From positions 30,008,001-30,072,000 of the forward strand of contig NC_043003.1 in the NCBI RefSeq assembly GCF_006345805.1: a stretch of 64,000 nt of DNA, written 5' to 3'. Made by a program: the position numbers and the translations under genes. The DNA comes from Octopus sinensis. Taxonomy: Eukaryota. This document shows positions 22,200 to 35,867 of this stretch, in pieces (the first letter of the stretch is position 1; each line of letters begins with the position of its first letter). The notes beneath the pieces are model-generated. The model made no database searches. It was given only the letters and a program-made list of their open reading frames with translations, and was not told the DNA's origin.

Positions 22200-24110
22200 T
22201 ATATCATTTTTCCAGAAAAGTAGTCTTAAAAAGTTATAGAGGTTTAAAGTTTGATCATTTTCACCTGGTTAGGAAACAGGATTTGGGAGCTGTCATTTTG
22301 TGCTTGACTGCAAGTTTTGTCAATATCCTGAAAATAGCACGTGTTGTCAATATTGGAAAACAATATGTGTTATGTTTCCGGTAATATTCTTTCATGTAAA
22401 AAAATCTCATTAAGCTGTTATTTTTAGAACACCTTACAACCACCAGTGTTTAATGCAAATGCGATAAACATATCAAAATTTTTAACAAAAAGATTTAGAA
22501 AAATTAGATGAAAGTTCTCCGGCAATTTCCTTTCATGTAAATAAATGTTTCTATTAATTTAAAAGAGAAAAACAATTTTAAATCTCTGAGCGAGATGATG
22601 GGAAATAAACTTTAATTTAAAAATTTTCTCCAAAAAATCTTATTTAGCTGTTATTTTGAGCACAACTCAAAAAGAAACTAACATTAAACAAACAATTTAA
22701 ATGCACTGAGAAAACAAACATTTAATTTTCGGGCGATCTTTCGTTTGTATGCATGTATGTGTGTGTGTATCTATGTATGTGTGTGTGTATGTGCATGTAT
22801 GTGTGTATGTACGTATGTATGGCCGATTCAGTGTACACTGAATCGGCCATACATACATACACACACACATACATAGATACACACACACATACATACACAC
22901 ACACATAGATACACACACACACACATACATACATATACACATACACCGAGTAAAAAATTTCAGTTATCTCTCTCTTTCACATATTACTCTCTCTGTCTCT
23001 TCACACACACTAACAGAAGCACTTCACTTACACAACATACTGTCTGTCTCCCACACCCCATCAAACACACACACACACACATGTACATCAATGCTTCCCC
23101 TGGACGGTAACTTCAAAAAAAAAATTCCCTCGTCATAAAATCGCTTCCTCTTAGTCTCTTTCGCTCTCATTACTTCAAATGTTCCCGCAAACCCATATGT
23201 AAAAAAATAAAAGCTTTTTACGGAAATCATCGACGGAAACGTGCTACTACAAACGAAAGATTTCCAATTTTCGGTTTTAATTTTTAAGATATCCTCCTCT
23301 GTTTTCAATGTTTCCATAATAGAAGCGAAGTTACTGGAGCATGCTGCTATAATAACACAGAACACAGCGTCAAATTTGTCAACACGTGCTTGCTCGCAGA
23401 TAAAAGCTTTTCCAAACACTGCTCAGATTCGCTTGTTACTACGGCAACAGGCACATTGAAAAACAAGAGTTCTCATGTCCGCTTCTTACTATCGAAACAG
23501 CCATGAATGTGTCTGTATCTTATGATTGGCTAAAATTACCAAAATTTTCAAACTTTAATTATTAATAACTATTTAGTTATTGATTTATAGCGAAAATTAC
23601 TTTCACATCATTAAGTAACCTATAAAAGTGTATCATTACACTCAATATGAAATCAATTCGAACAGAAAATAATTTTTAAAAAAGTTATAGAGGTTTAAAG
23701 TTTGACCCCCTGATAACATTTATTTATTTATTTTGAAATTTTCAGAAAATTTTTGCGAGTTTGTATTCTACACAAGGGAATTCATACGATTGTGCAAAAT
23801 CCACAACATTTTGTGGGGGGGGGGGCGTGATTTAAGGCCTATTCAGCAATTATCTTAGTACATCTGACGACCAACTCAATGAGTAGAATATATTTGTAAC
23901 ACGTGATTTCTCGCAGACAAAATAATTCTCATGCTCGGCTTGTTACTGTAGAAACAGGCATGAATGTGTCTATGGCTTACTGTGGGTTAAAATCCCAAAT
24001 TTGCAAACTTTAAAAGCTATTAATTCTCTGTTTATTGATTTATGGAGAAAATGAATTTCATAGCATGGATCAGCATATGCAACTATTATTGACATTTACA
24101 TAATTAAATT
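22200..24110. mobile_element. non-autonomous DNA element(s) with internal direct repeats
   Basis: aaagttatagaggtttaaagtttga occurs at ~22230 and ~23680. Related blocks gaaacagccatgaatgtgtct (~23495) and gaaacaggcatgaatgtgtct (~23950). Family not identified. Confidence 0.45.
22740..22945. repeat. fold-back: perfect 44-bp palindrome (22813-22856) with complementary (TATG/TG)n and (CATA/CA)n arms
   Basis: gtatgtatggccgattcagtgt|acactgaatcggccatacatac. Confidence 0.9.
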
Positions 24111-26382
24111 GTTTTGTTAGAAAGTGAACAAGATCCGAGTCATGTTCGGCTTCTATTTTCTTTTTGTCATCTGACTCATATTATTGGACAATATTTATTT
24201 AGACTACTTTCGTCTTGCAAACTTCCTATATAATTACGTTTGTATGGTCAGACCTTCAACCTTTATTTATTTACACTTAATAACCTTTTTTTATTGTCAT
24301 ATTTGGGTTTGTTCTTTTTGTTTTGGGTTTTTTGCCAAATAAACACTACTATATATTCGTTCTTCACTTGTTTATTACTGTTCTTATTTTATTTTGTGTC
24401 CATTGTTTGGAAATCTTTCGTCACACATCTGTGACCTCTTCAGCGACCCTTTCATCCATGTATATCCTCCTGCTCTGCTTCGTCCATTCTCCTTTTGTAA
24501 AAATTTTCTTCAACTGATTTTGTCTGGAGGAAAGAATCGTTCCACAGACATCGCAAGCCCTCCAAGACAAGTGAGATTGATCTTACTAATGTTTCTCTTC
24601 CCGAGTAATGTTAAGTTTAAAACCTGGCCACCAAAACAAGAAAAAAAACAAAAAAAGTCTAACAGGGGTAAAAAAGAAATGTGTAATAAATGAATATGAA
24701 AACCAAAATTTGCGCCAATGAACCAACTTAATATTAACCAAAATGGTTGATCCCTCTTTCCTCAGAGTGTGGTGAGGGGAAAGGTGTAATGCTGCTACCC
24801 TCATTCCTTTAATTACTTGCCAAATCCGTCAAGGTTCCAGTATTTACAGTGATTCTTGGGGTGCATACAGTTCTCTTGGCGGCCTAGGTTGAACCACTTC
24901 CAGGTCAACCACAGTGATAACTTCGTCAATCTGGAGAACTTATTAGTGCACACTTAGACTATCGAACGGTTTTAGGACACCTTAAAGGGGACAATCATAC
25001 AGCCTAGAATAAAACCGCATTTCTTGAAGCAGTACATAGTATGCTTCCAATTTCTCCAAGCTGTAAAACCTGCTGCCAAACGACTGCATGCATTTGTATT
25101 GGAGACTGAAAAGAGCTAGCAGTCCTAGTTGTGGGCAGTGAGTGCCCAAAGGAAAAGAGGAAGACTCATGTCCGTCGGCCTCCTTATAAGCCTTTGACGA
25201 CTTTCGTTAGGGGCCGTTGTTTTGTGCATGCTTCCGAGTAGTTTATGTTTGGACCTGAGATAATCCAAGCAGGCACGACGGATACACTACAGTTTTTTCC
25301 AGTATTGGATTTTCCTTGCAAAAGATAGAGATGTTTTTTTTTTATTTTTCATTAATAAAGATTTGTATTTTTCCTTGCTGACCTTGTTATAAGTAAATGA
25401 TTTGCTCAGCTTGTTTACTGCTGTTTAGTGATAAAATTTAAAAAGAAGCAAGTTTAGTTAATATATTTTGTGGGGTTCAACCTAGAGTAACACTGGAGTA
25501 ATAATCCCTAATTTCACATTCAGTAATTATGTCTTAATGTTTTGTCAGACAAAGGGTGAAGAAAGGTGTCTTTTCAGGCTGAGTTCAGTGTATCAAGCGT
25601 CTTAGTCCAACTCTGCTCATGATATAGATGCTCACTTCTCAAGACAAAAGATTAAACCCTATGATATTACATGACTTTTCATAAACCAAATAGTGAAGGT
25701 TGCATCACAACGATTTCGTTTCTGGCAGAAAACCAACTTTACACGAGGTGGAAATTTGCTTTGCACTAGAGTACTGATCTCCAAAGCAGCACTGCCACTA
25801 CACATACTTGCATTCCACTACATCCAAAAATATTGATCACAGCAGTCTGATGAACTACATTGTTCACTAATCTGGGATGGCATTCAGTGGTTAAATACAT
25901 TGTCTGATCCCTTAAATTTAATGACACTATTTTGCTATCACTCTTTCTTAGGATTAACATTAACTATGTTAACCATAGAAACTTTTCATCTTGGAAAATT
26001 ATTTTTAAAAAACGGGATGACAAAGTTAATTCCCCTGACAGTTTATTATCAAACCTTCCGAATATTATTTCTCTCGTTTCTTTACCACTCTGCCACATAG
26101 TCTGTTAATAACTAGTAGATATAAGATCGAATTAAATAAAGATAAATTGTAATTCAACAACAAAAGCATATTGGGTTTGCTTTATTGGCATTTTATTTTT
26201 AGCGCAGTTTGCTGAAGCTGCTATTATTGTCTACAGTGACAGCCCGGCCAACTGAAGAAATTAAACATTTCCTTTTACGTTGTATTGTAAGCATTATTAA
26301 TATATTTGTCTATATTGTTCACGGGGTTTTGTTTACATTTATTTACCCTTTGCGTTGAATAACTTAGAAATTAAAAAATGAC

Positions 26383-26557
26383 CGATGTTTTACGAAAGTA
26401 GGGCTGCTACTACTTTCGTAAAACATCGCAAATCAGTAATGTCGCTTTGTTTTGTCAGCGAACTTCTCTGATTGACGTTAAGGTTGTCAAGTCAATATCT
26501 TCATTGCCAATATCTGTCAATACTACAGAATTTGGCAGAGAAAGGCATTACAAAACG
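26383..26557 (+). promoter_or_regulatory. promoter/non-coding exon 1 of ZNF gene A (donor at 26558)
   Basis: ttttacgaaagtag motif. aaaacg|gtatgttaatatgttattagtccctaataattgaa aligns with aaaaca|gtaagttaatctactatcagtagctaattattgaa of gene B. Confidence 0.65.
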
Positions 26558-27559
26558 GTATGTTAATATGTTATTAGTCCCTAATAATTGAAGATGTTTT
26601 GAGATTTTCCTTTTAAAATGTTTATGCTTCAACCTATCTTTTTGTGATACAGCCCTTTGTTATTAGAGATTCCGTCTGTCATCGCAAGAAAACACGCTGT
26701 TTACTATCTTGAAGAAAACATTCTATCAGTCATTAATTCATTAAATTCTACAAAACTGTCAAACAATTTTTATTTATAAAGCTAAGATTTATGGTTTACA
26801 TTATTTCAGTTAGTAAAAAAGGGCCGGCATGTTTCTTAATTTTTTGGTATGACACTAGATGTACATTCGTGACCTCTAGATGCATTCAACGTAAGCTTAC
26901 GAAATGTTCCCCGATTAGCTATGACACTTCCTATTTAGAACCTCTGTTCTTAAGTTCTGGTTGGTTTGTAGGTTTCTCCCGGGAAAAGGTTAATATTTGA
27001 AATAAAAACTAACTTTTAAATTGCAGATTTAAAGTTTGTGTTACACAACCTAAAACTCACATTATACATTTGAATGATTGAAAACTAAATTATTTTATGC
27101 AAAAAAAAAGGTGTTTTGTCGTTTCCATTTTGGAAACGAAAATTTACGTTAGTAAATTTTTAAAGAGATTTGTACCTGCTCATAAAGAGATGTAAAGAAA
27201 ATAACATTTCCACTTTGCTTTATTGAAAAGTTTTGGCTAAGAAGGAATATCTGCTGTCAATATAGCATCAGTTTAATGTTTAAAGTAACACTACAAGATT
27301 CAGTACAGAATTGGGCATTCTTTCGATACTGACAGAATTGAAAGCATTTTGCTTTCACATGCTGTTATTGCAATAATGAATGAATGATCGTTGCAAAAAC
27401 AGTAGTATCTTTCTTTCGTAGTTTTCATTACAATCTTTAATTTTTGATAAAATTTTAGAAATGTTTCTTTAAATAAACCCATTTCAAGAAAGTATCAAGC
27501 GGGCCTCAGGTTGGCAAGTCCTGGTTTAGACTCAGATCCTGATGTGGTTGTTAAATTTG

Positions 27560-27960
27560 ACGTCCAGTTTAAATATGTGAGGTTCACGTCTGTAAGGGTA
27601 ACGACCACAAAAACGGCTGGGAAGGGAATTCCAGTCAGTTAACATTTTGTGGAGAAATGACTGGATATAGTAGTTTGTGTGGGTCTGCAGGAGGGAAGAT
27701 AATATGGTTGATGAGAGGAGGAGAAATGGGTGTTCCTAAGTAGCTTTGGGAAGAGGTGGTATGCAACTAGTTCTGAATAGCCGAAACTTGTAGTAACTGT
27801 AGAATAATTAGCTCGAGGAGCAGTGCATATGTGGGCCATGGTTTGTAGAGCATTGCTAAGGTAAGTTTCCACTGAAAGTATAGGAGCATTGAAGGAACAC
27901 ACAGAAAATTTCAAAAGGCAGAACATACAGCACAAAATGACAACCCAGTTAATAAATTTA
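27560..27960 (-). mobile_element. possible highly decayed Penelope-like RT remnant
   Basis: SVCSFNAPILSVETYLSNALQTMA loosely resembles the PLE RPIVS..SPT..S..L..LQPL region. Weak. Confidence 0.25.
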
Positions 27961-28624
27961 GCACTGGTTGTAAAGAATATGGTAGCTGTTGCTGAAATCA
28001 GTATAAACATTACCCCAAATTTCCAAACTTTGTGTTAGAAATCAAATGTTTGAGTTCAAACCCAGCAGAAATTTATAAATGTTGGAATAGAAGGTGATTA
28101 AGTCAAGAACATGTACTATAAAATCAAAAATGAGATTAAAAGCCATAAAAATATATGTTAACTCTAATCTCAGCTTTTGCCTTAAAATAAATAGTTACAA
28201 AAATAACTGTTGTGAAATATAGAAATGCCCAATAAAATTTATATCTTTATCACCATTATCATTAATGTCGTCTTTTCCATGCTTGCATTGGTTAGACATG
28301 GTATCAACCATAGAGTTTTCTATGGTTGATACCTTTCTTGTCACCACAGACCTCATTTCCAAAGAGATGTAATAATCTCCCTGTTTGTTGAACAACAAAC
28401 AGCCCAAACGTTTTTTGTGGAGAACTGGCAACAGAGGACTCCAAAGGAATAAACCCTTTGCTTACAAAGATCTCGCAACATGTCAAAAAGCCTAGATGTA
28501 CTTTTGTCGTGGACTGCAAACAGATGATACTATCAGGAAGCCATTTTTTATGAACCAGCAAAAGAGAGGGTAATACAAACTCATACAAGCATGCATACAT
28601 AATTATATGTGTGCATGTGTATAT

Positions 28625-28745
28625 ATCAAATTCATTCACCCAGGGCTATAGAAGAAGACATTTACCCAACCACATGCCCTGGGACTGAGCCCCAGGTCAT
28701 GTGGTTGGGAAGTGAACTTCTTAACCACACACCCATGCTAGTGCC
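28625..28745 (-). mobile_element. octopus-type SINE, decayed head
   Basis: gggactgagccccaggtcatgtggttgggaagtgaacttcttaaccacac matches the copies at 46.4 and 48.6 kb. Confidence 0.7.
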
Positions 28746-28917
28746 TATAAAATTTAGAATGCAAACAGTGGGACACAGAAAAGTAGTAAGCTGTTCAAAA
28801 TACATCTTGATATATCATGGGAAATATTTATTTATAAAGGCTACTCTATAGTTTTATAAACTGATAAATTTTGTCTGAATTTCTGAGATGAGAAATTATC
28901 ATTATTATACACTGACA

Positions 28918-29075
28918 TAAGGCAGCAAGTTGGTTCAAACATTAGTGCATCGGACATAATGCTTAGTGGTATTTCTTCTGGTTCTTTATGTTCTGAGTTC
29001 AAATACCACCAAGTTCAACTTTGCCTTTTATCCTTCAAGGGTCAATAAAATAAAGTGCCAGTTGAGACTGATGAT
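28918..29075 (+). mobile_element. tRNA-derived SINE (second family)
   Basis: atgcttagtggtatt..gttctgagttcaaataccaccaagttcaactttgcctt..gggtcaataaaataaagtgccag, related to 56215-56360. Confidence 0.7.
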
Positions 29076-30592
29076 AGCTAATTCTGTGATTAAAGTTACT
29101 GGCTTTGTACCAAAATTTAAAACAATTGTTATACATTGATATATTTGAACCAGAGTCTTTTAGTTGTTATAGTTACTACTATTGTATCCTCCAACCTTCT
29201 TCAGGTGCCTGTTGTATTCAATGATGTTCTTGGAATTTAGAACCAAACCTTTTATTAAATCCATGGTGGATAGATTACTCTTCCATTCTCCATATCAGAG
29301 ATACTCTCCTTATTTGCTCGGCCACTACTTGTAACGTCACTATTTTGTTACACTCCAACCAGAGTGCCCACACATGCACGATTGATTTTGTATGGTATTT
29401 TATATACCTGTTTTAGTTCATGTTATTCAGACACATGCAGCTGACCACTTGGAGTTATTTCTCTCATTTCATTTTTGTTTATATATGTACATAGTTTGAC
29501 TAACCCAGGAATTCAACTCATGTCTACCAGCTAACTAAATTATTTCACTTAATATTTAACCAACATTTAGTAGTAGAAATTAGGGGTTTTAAACCGAACT
29601 TATTTTTTTATGGTTGCATGTTTAATGTTTTCCCTCTCCCTTTATGTATTGCCATTTATCACCACCTCCTCCCTGATCTACTCCCTATTTTCCTTTACCT
29701 TCCTCCTCCCAAATTGAGATTGACCATACCTCCATCTACGTTCACAATTCTCTACTTTCACTTCTATACCCATCTCTATCTCACTCTTACAAACCTACCC
29801 ATCCAACCATCCTTGATTCTCTGTCCCTATTCTCTTATACTCACCTTTTTTCACCTTGAGGGTATGCCTTAACACCTCATCTCCAGTATCCTTTCTCCCT
29901 TTTCAGTAATTGTAGCCATATATTTCTTCCCCAAGACACCTGTTCTTTTCCCTTTATTATACTTTAGCCACTCAACACCTAGCACAAATCAAAGGTCTTC
30001 TTGTGGGTTAGTTCTCACTAGTGTCCTCACTAGTACTGGTGCCTAAAAAAAAACCCTGTATACTCTGTAAAGTAACTGGCATTAGGAAGCACATCCAGCT
30101 ATAAAAACCATACTAAAGCAATGGAGCTCATTGCAATCCTCCGACTCATCAGATCCTGCCAAACTGTCCAACCCATGCCAGTATGGAATATGTATGTTAA
30201 ATGATGATATGGTGATCATCACAATGCCAAACTGACTGAAGAGGTTATGTGCTCAGTATATGTACTGATTCCTTCAGTTACCTCATCTAGTGTTGTTCCT
30301 TGTCTATAATCTTGACTGTTCTACAAAAGTTGGTGACCAATTCCTCTTTGGTTACTTATTAAAAAGTAATATAATATTGGTTTTAATGGCTATTTCAAAA
30401 TCCCTACCTGTTCTCATAATTCAATTCCACTACAAATTTCATACCATTGTGAGTTTCATATGTAAATATTTCCTGTTTCTTTAATGCTGTTTAAATTTTC
30501 TGGTTACGCCTCTTCTTTTATTCTGACATGTTTATTTTGACATTTCTATCTCCTTTAATAGTCATACTTTTATAACTCTCTCTTTATTTCAG

Positions 30593-31951
30593 GGTATCTG
30601 TTGACATTGAGAAAGGATGTTTTGCACTTTTGCTTTATTAACAAATGGATGTGATTTTGAAAACCTCAGACTGATATTGTCAAGAATATATTTGATTGCT
30701 TATGGCATCAACGAAATTGCAGCAAAATAAAAAAATTTTAAAAAACCATTGGAAATATATTTGTCAGTATTTTGAGAAATCTAACATGCATTTTTATCTG
30801 ACTCGTATGCAGTGTCTTTCCTATTTGGATATACATTAAAAAGTAGTTGCAGAATCGAACTCTGATAAAATTAACTCTGTCCAAAGTATTTATGACCACT
30901 GAAGTATCCACAGATGTCACTAAATGCCACTTAAGGAATGGTATTTATTGAGAAATTTTGGAGAAGTTTAACTTTTCTGAACTCTATAAAATAAAGATAA
31001 GGTTTATTTCTGTGTTTTATGAACACAAGAAGAAATTATTGTTGAGAGAGTGTATGAGAATCTGTTTTATCGCAGATCACAATCTCTAATAATTCATCTC
31101 CTCAGACACAAGAAAATACAAAGAGTACATAGAAATACAGTGACAGTTACCCCAAATAGTCATTCCATTGTGTATGATTTACTTCTGAAACCTTTGTTAA
31201 AATGTCTTCTATGAGAAAATATTTATCACATCCTAAACATATACATACAGGTGAAAGACTGCACCCTTGTGATACGTGTCAAAAGATATTCCTTAGAAAG
31301 TATGACTTGACTTGTCATAAACGTGTTCATACTGGTGAAAAACCATATTCTTGTGATATCTGCAACAAAACATTTTCTCAGAAAGCTAATTTAACTTATC
31401 ATAAATATGTTCACACAGGAGAGAAACCATACCACTGTGATATCTGTGGTAAAACATTCTCTGTGAGTAATAAATTAAAGAGACACATACGTATTCACAC
31501 AGAAGAGAAGCTATATCACTGTGATATCTGTGGTAAATCATTTTCTCAGAATGGTCATTTAACTCGTCACATACAGATACACACAGGGGAAAAACCATTC
31601 CATTGTGATTTGTGTGGAGAAACTTTTTCACAGAGTGTTCATTTGACTACACATAAACGTATTCACACTGGGGAGAAACCATACCACTGTGATATATGTG
31701 ATAAAACTTTCTCTCGGAATAATATTTTAATTAATCATAAACGAATCCACACAGGTGAGAAACCATACCACTGTGATATCTGTGGCAAAACATTCACTCA
31801 ATATAGTCATTTAACTGACCACAACCGAATCCATACAGGTGAGAAACCTTACAATTGTGATATCTGTGGAAAGTCATTTTCCCGAAATAGTAGTTTAACA
31901 AGTCACAAAAAGATACACAATAAACAAACAGTGAAAAATGAAAGTTGTTGA
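30593..31951 (+). other. single large coding exon of ZNF gene A, including a long 5' leader after the acceptor ctctttatttcAG (30592)
   Basis: The acceptor plus ttgacattgaga leader is homologous to 62196 ff. Confidence 0.55.
31202..31951 (+). CDS. C2H2 zinc-finger protein A (8 tandem fingers, 249 aa)
   Basis: Eight CxxC..HxxxH units with TGEKP linkers. True start uncertain. Confidence 0.9.
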   Translation: MSSMRKYLSHPKHIHTGERLHPCDTCQKIFLRKYDLTCHKRVHTGEKPYSCDICNKTFSQKANLTYHKYVHTGEKPYHCDICGKTFSVSNKLKRHIRIHTEEKLYHCDICGKSFSQNGHLTRHIQIHTGEKPFHCDLCGETFSQSVHLTTHKRIHTGEKPYHCDICDKTFSRNNILINHKRIHTGEKPYHCDICGKTFTQYSHLTDHNRIHTGEKPYNCDICGKSFSRNSSLTSHKKIHNKQTVKNESC

Positions 31952-32479
31952 AAAAGATTGTCACAATAGAATATTGGATGCTTCCCAAGGAAGACTTGTT
32001 AAGCTAAAGTTTCTAGTAACATACTGAAAAATGTATTTAGACAGTTTTTATATTGTAATGTGGAAAATACTATTAGTTTAATTATTTAGAATTATGATTA
32101 TATGATAAAACTATTTTCATCTGATCTTCCTGCAATGATTAGCATGTCTACCCAAATATTTATTATCTAGCATATCTAAGCGTCAAGGTTGACTGTGGCA
32201 AGTCACCATTTTGTTACATAGTGTAATGGTAAACAATAACATTATTAGACCAAGCACTGTGGCAAAAGATATATATTTATTCATTTTTACATGTTTTTTG
32301 CATTTGTTTTTCCATGCTAGCATGGGTTACGTAGATATATTATCACGGTACTGTTTTGGGGGTAAGGGATCTTATTCCACATAATTTATTAGCAGTAGAA
32401 ATGACAACCATGTCACTGCTCAGCGATTTTCAAAGACATACAAGTATAGACAAATGAACACACATTTTGTGTGTATGTG

Positions 32480-32495
32480 TGCATATATATATATG

Positions 32496-32556
<61 letters not shown>

Positions 32557-32570
32557 TCATCATCATCATT
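32480..32570. repeat. (TA)n plus (CAT)n microsatellite at an RTE-type tail
   Basis: Directly visible, followed by ttaacgtccg..catgctagcatgggtt. Confidence 0.9.
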
Positions 32571-32869
32571 TAACGTCCGTTCTTCATGCTAGCATGGGTT
32601 GGACTGATATATATATATATATATATATATTATCTGACAGGCTTCTTTCTGTTTCTGTTCATCAAATCCACTCATAAAGCTTCATTCAACCCAGGACAAT
32701 AGTAGGTGCCATGCAGAAGGATTGAACCTGAAACAGCCCAGACAGATTTATTTATTATCAAGAACATATTTGTGCAAATGCACCTCCAGTGGTCAACATT
32801 AACATTATTAAATATCACAATACATATATATATATAAATATATCATATTTTGTATATATATATGTGTGT

Positions 32870-33575
32870 GTGTGTCTGTTTTCCATGCTGGCATGGGTTG
32901 GACAGTTTGACATGAGCTGGAGAGCTGCTCCAAGCACCATGCTTTAGCATGGTTTCTATGGCTGGAATCCTTTCTTAATCCCAACCACTTTACAGAGTGT
33001 ACTAGGTGCTTTTTACTTAGTTCCAGCATGGATGCCTTTTATCTGAGGTTTTTATGTAGCACCAGCATGGGTACTTTTTAGGTGGCACTAGCTTGATGCT
33101 TCTTATGTGAAACCAGTACCTGCGGGGTCGTCAAGTAGCTTGCAAGATGATGACATCACAGCTGAGAGAAGTGGCTGTGTGCCAGATAAGAGGTTGGAGT
33201 ATCATATAGATAGGGATAGCTATCTTATTTGACTTCCCCAATAAGACAAAAATGCAGAGGGAGGTAGTAGTAGAGAGAGAGAGAAAGATAGTGTGAGGGA
33301 CGATTATTTAGAGATAGGAAGTAATGTTGAGAGGAACTGAAGGGGCCTGCAGTGGGATGGGGTGGAGAGATGGTTGTGGGTGAATTTTGCCAGAGAACAA
33401 TTTATGTGTGAAGAAAATGTGGGGCTACGGCCATAAATGGATGACCATGATTTTACTTAGCTTGACATGTCTTCTCAAGCACAGTGAATCCCTTGAAGTC
33501 TTGGTCCTTTGTCTTCTCAGTGAGGCTTAGTATCTGAAGATCCTTTCCCACCACGTCTTCCTCGGTCTACCATTT
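32870..33575 (-). mobile_element. RTE-clade LINE 3' end
   Basis: Reverse complement of the 46995-47845 tail (ccatgctggcatgggttggacagttt; gtcttggtcctttgtcttctcagtgaggc; ccacgtcttcctcggtctacc). Confidence 0.75.
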
Positions 33576-35062
33576 ATATATTATATATATTTTTTAAATT
33601 GCATATATATGTATAACGGATATAATTTATATAAAAAATATATACATATATAATATATGCATGTATGTCCCTGTAGAGAATTGATGTATAAAGATCAAAA
33701 ATAAATCTACAGAATGTGTGCATGTATATGTGTATATATATATAGTTTTAAAATTCAATAAAACTTATAAAATATTAATTCCTGTTGTGTTATATTTTTA
33801 TATAATGACATTTTGAAAATGTTCTGTAGATTGTACATATCTTGGTATGGAGAACAACGAGGTTTTCTGATGAGAGGTTTAGGTGCAAAGTAATTTCCAA
33901 GTGATGGTTTCCGGTTTTGACAGAAATATATGAATTTTTTTCTTTTCTCAAACTTTCCATCTGAACAAAGAATGAAACTTGACATGAACGATCATCATCA
34001 TGGTTTTAATATACACTTTTTTTGCTTGCATGGGTTGGATAGAGTTTATTGAAGCAGATTATCTTTGACCAAATGTCCTTCTTGTCACCAACTCATATGT
34101 TTGCAAGTATAGTAATATTTCTTCATGGCCAGATGTTTTCACAAAATATTGGAAATAAAAAGACTCTGAAAGAAACCAATTTCAAATCTTCCTTGAAAAT
34201 ATGCTTGATCATTGGGAATAATACCTCACATACAAAGAAGTGTAGGTTGGTGACAAGAAAGGCATGCAGCTATAGAAAATCTGCTTCAAAAATTTTGTTT
34301 GACCCATGCAAGCATGGACAAGTGGATGTTATGATGATGATAATATATGTAATGGACTTCTTTCAGTCTGTCTGCTGAATCTACTCACAAGGTTTTGGTT
34401 GGCCAGGGGCTATTGTAGAAGATACTTGCCCAAGATGTCACTGTATGATACAATGTGACATTGATCTCAAAACTACATGGTTGGGAAGCATACTTCTTAC
34501 CTGTGCCTAGTTATGCTTGTGTCATATAATGATGACATTTTCAATTCAATGGCTTCTCTTTTAGCATTGTCTTTATCTCTAATGGAATTTATTTGTCTCA
34601 ATATACTATAGAACTGTGTTTCAAAGAATTTTGTAGCCCTATATTCACTGTAGTTATAGACATCATTTGCCATGTACAATACATTGTTTCAAGAGGTAGT
34701 AAGGAGCCTTATAAAATGTGATATGAATCAAATGAAAAGAACTATTGTTTCCATTGTCAAATTATGTTACACTTAATAGATCCGGTGTTATGTGACCAAT
34801 GCTAATAACATTGAATATTAGATTCAAATGTAGTTTTACAATGTATTATAATTAAGATATATCACAGCTACAGACATCTTAGAAGCTTGGTGTCATCTAT
34901 TTAAACAAGCTCTGATCTTTAACAAATTTCAGAAATCTGTATCTACTATGATCCACATTCAGTGTATCCTAGATGCTCAAAGTAGTGAGTGATTCTTCAT
35001 AGATAAACTGATGTTAAAGTAATGGAATATTTGTGATATTTATATGTAAAAACTGGTATGTA

Positions 35063-35867
35063 CATGGTCTGATAAATAAGTATCTGGACTGTTGCCATAG
35101 TAACAAAGCTAAAGCATGCAGAGTGGGGCCATTTGGCAAAGATTGACCTTAAACTCTACTGTTCATGCATACTAAGTTTTAACATTCTAGCTGACTTCTG
35201 CTATTTACAGCAGTTCTTGGAAGGAAGGTGTGTCATGTGTGATAGTCACATTGACCATGACAGAGAAAATTGTCATGGTGATACCTGCTCAGAGCCCTAT
35301 GCAAAGTTGTAGAAAGTGTATGGAGAGTCTATGTTGATATTGACAACCGTTCTTTGATACCTGCAACCAGCAGAACTGAGAAAAACACCATTGATGTGCA
35401 TTCAGTTGCGAGAGGAAATTGTTGAATCACCATACGTAAGTTATCAGAGGATGTGCAGATTAGTTATGTCCATTATCTCTGTAGATTTGAGTATGAGACA
35501 CGTGTCTGCCAAGTTTATGCCAAAACTGCTTTCAGCTGACCAAAAAGACACTCTGGTTTCAGTTGCACAAGATCTTGATTGTGTTGAGAACAATGGAAAC
35601 TTTGTGTAGGCCGCAGAGCAGGTATTGCCAAGCTTTTGACAAAACTTGATACAGATTCTCTGCTCATCTCTCTCTGTCATGGTCAATGTGATGATCACAC
35701 TACACACCTTCCTTCCAAGGACTGCTGTAAGCAGTGAATGTGAGCTAGATCATTAAAACTTAGTGCATGTGCACAGCAGAGTTCAAGGTCAATCTGTGCT
35801 AAATGGCTTCACTCTGCATGCTTTAGCAACTATGGCAATAGTCCGGATACTTATTGATCATACCACA
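35063..35867. mobile_element. fold-back mariner derivative with two 5' ends, TA-flanked
   Basis: Arms of ~200-250 bp are inverted. The left arm reads MTE..GDTCSEPYAK..LSMRHVSAKFMPKLLSADQK on +; the right arm reads MTERDEQRICIKFCQKLGNTCSAAYT on -. Confidence 0.85.

Noticed and set aside
22697-22946. MCVCMYV-type ORFs (also 32471, 57443, 57866)
   Set aside because: Translations of microsatellites.
29190-29215. Further hammerhead-like boxes (cctgaagaagg on - here; also ~30230, ~61370, ~61510, ~3460)
   Set aside because: Only the CTGANGA half or a stem is present and GAAA is missing. Too degenerate to call.
31250-31920. 84-bp periodic repeats as a CRISPR array
   Set aside because: These are the 28-codon C2H2 finger repeats of an open eukaryotic ORF. 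There are no cas genes and no repeat-spacer structure. The same applies to the other three arrays.
34497-34679. Minus-strand ORF ending at an apparent splice donor (possible host exon)
   Set aside because: The GTAAG belongs to the adjacent SINE head, and the peptide has no recognisable motif.
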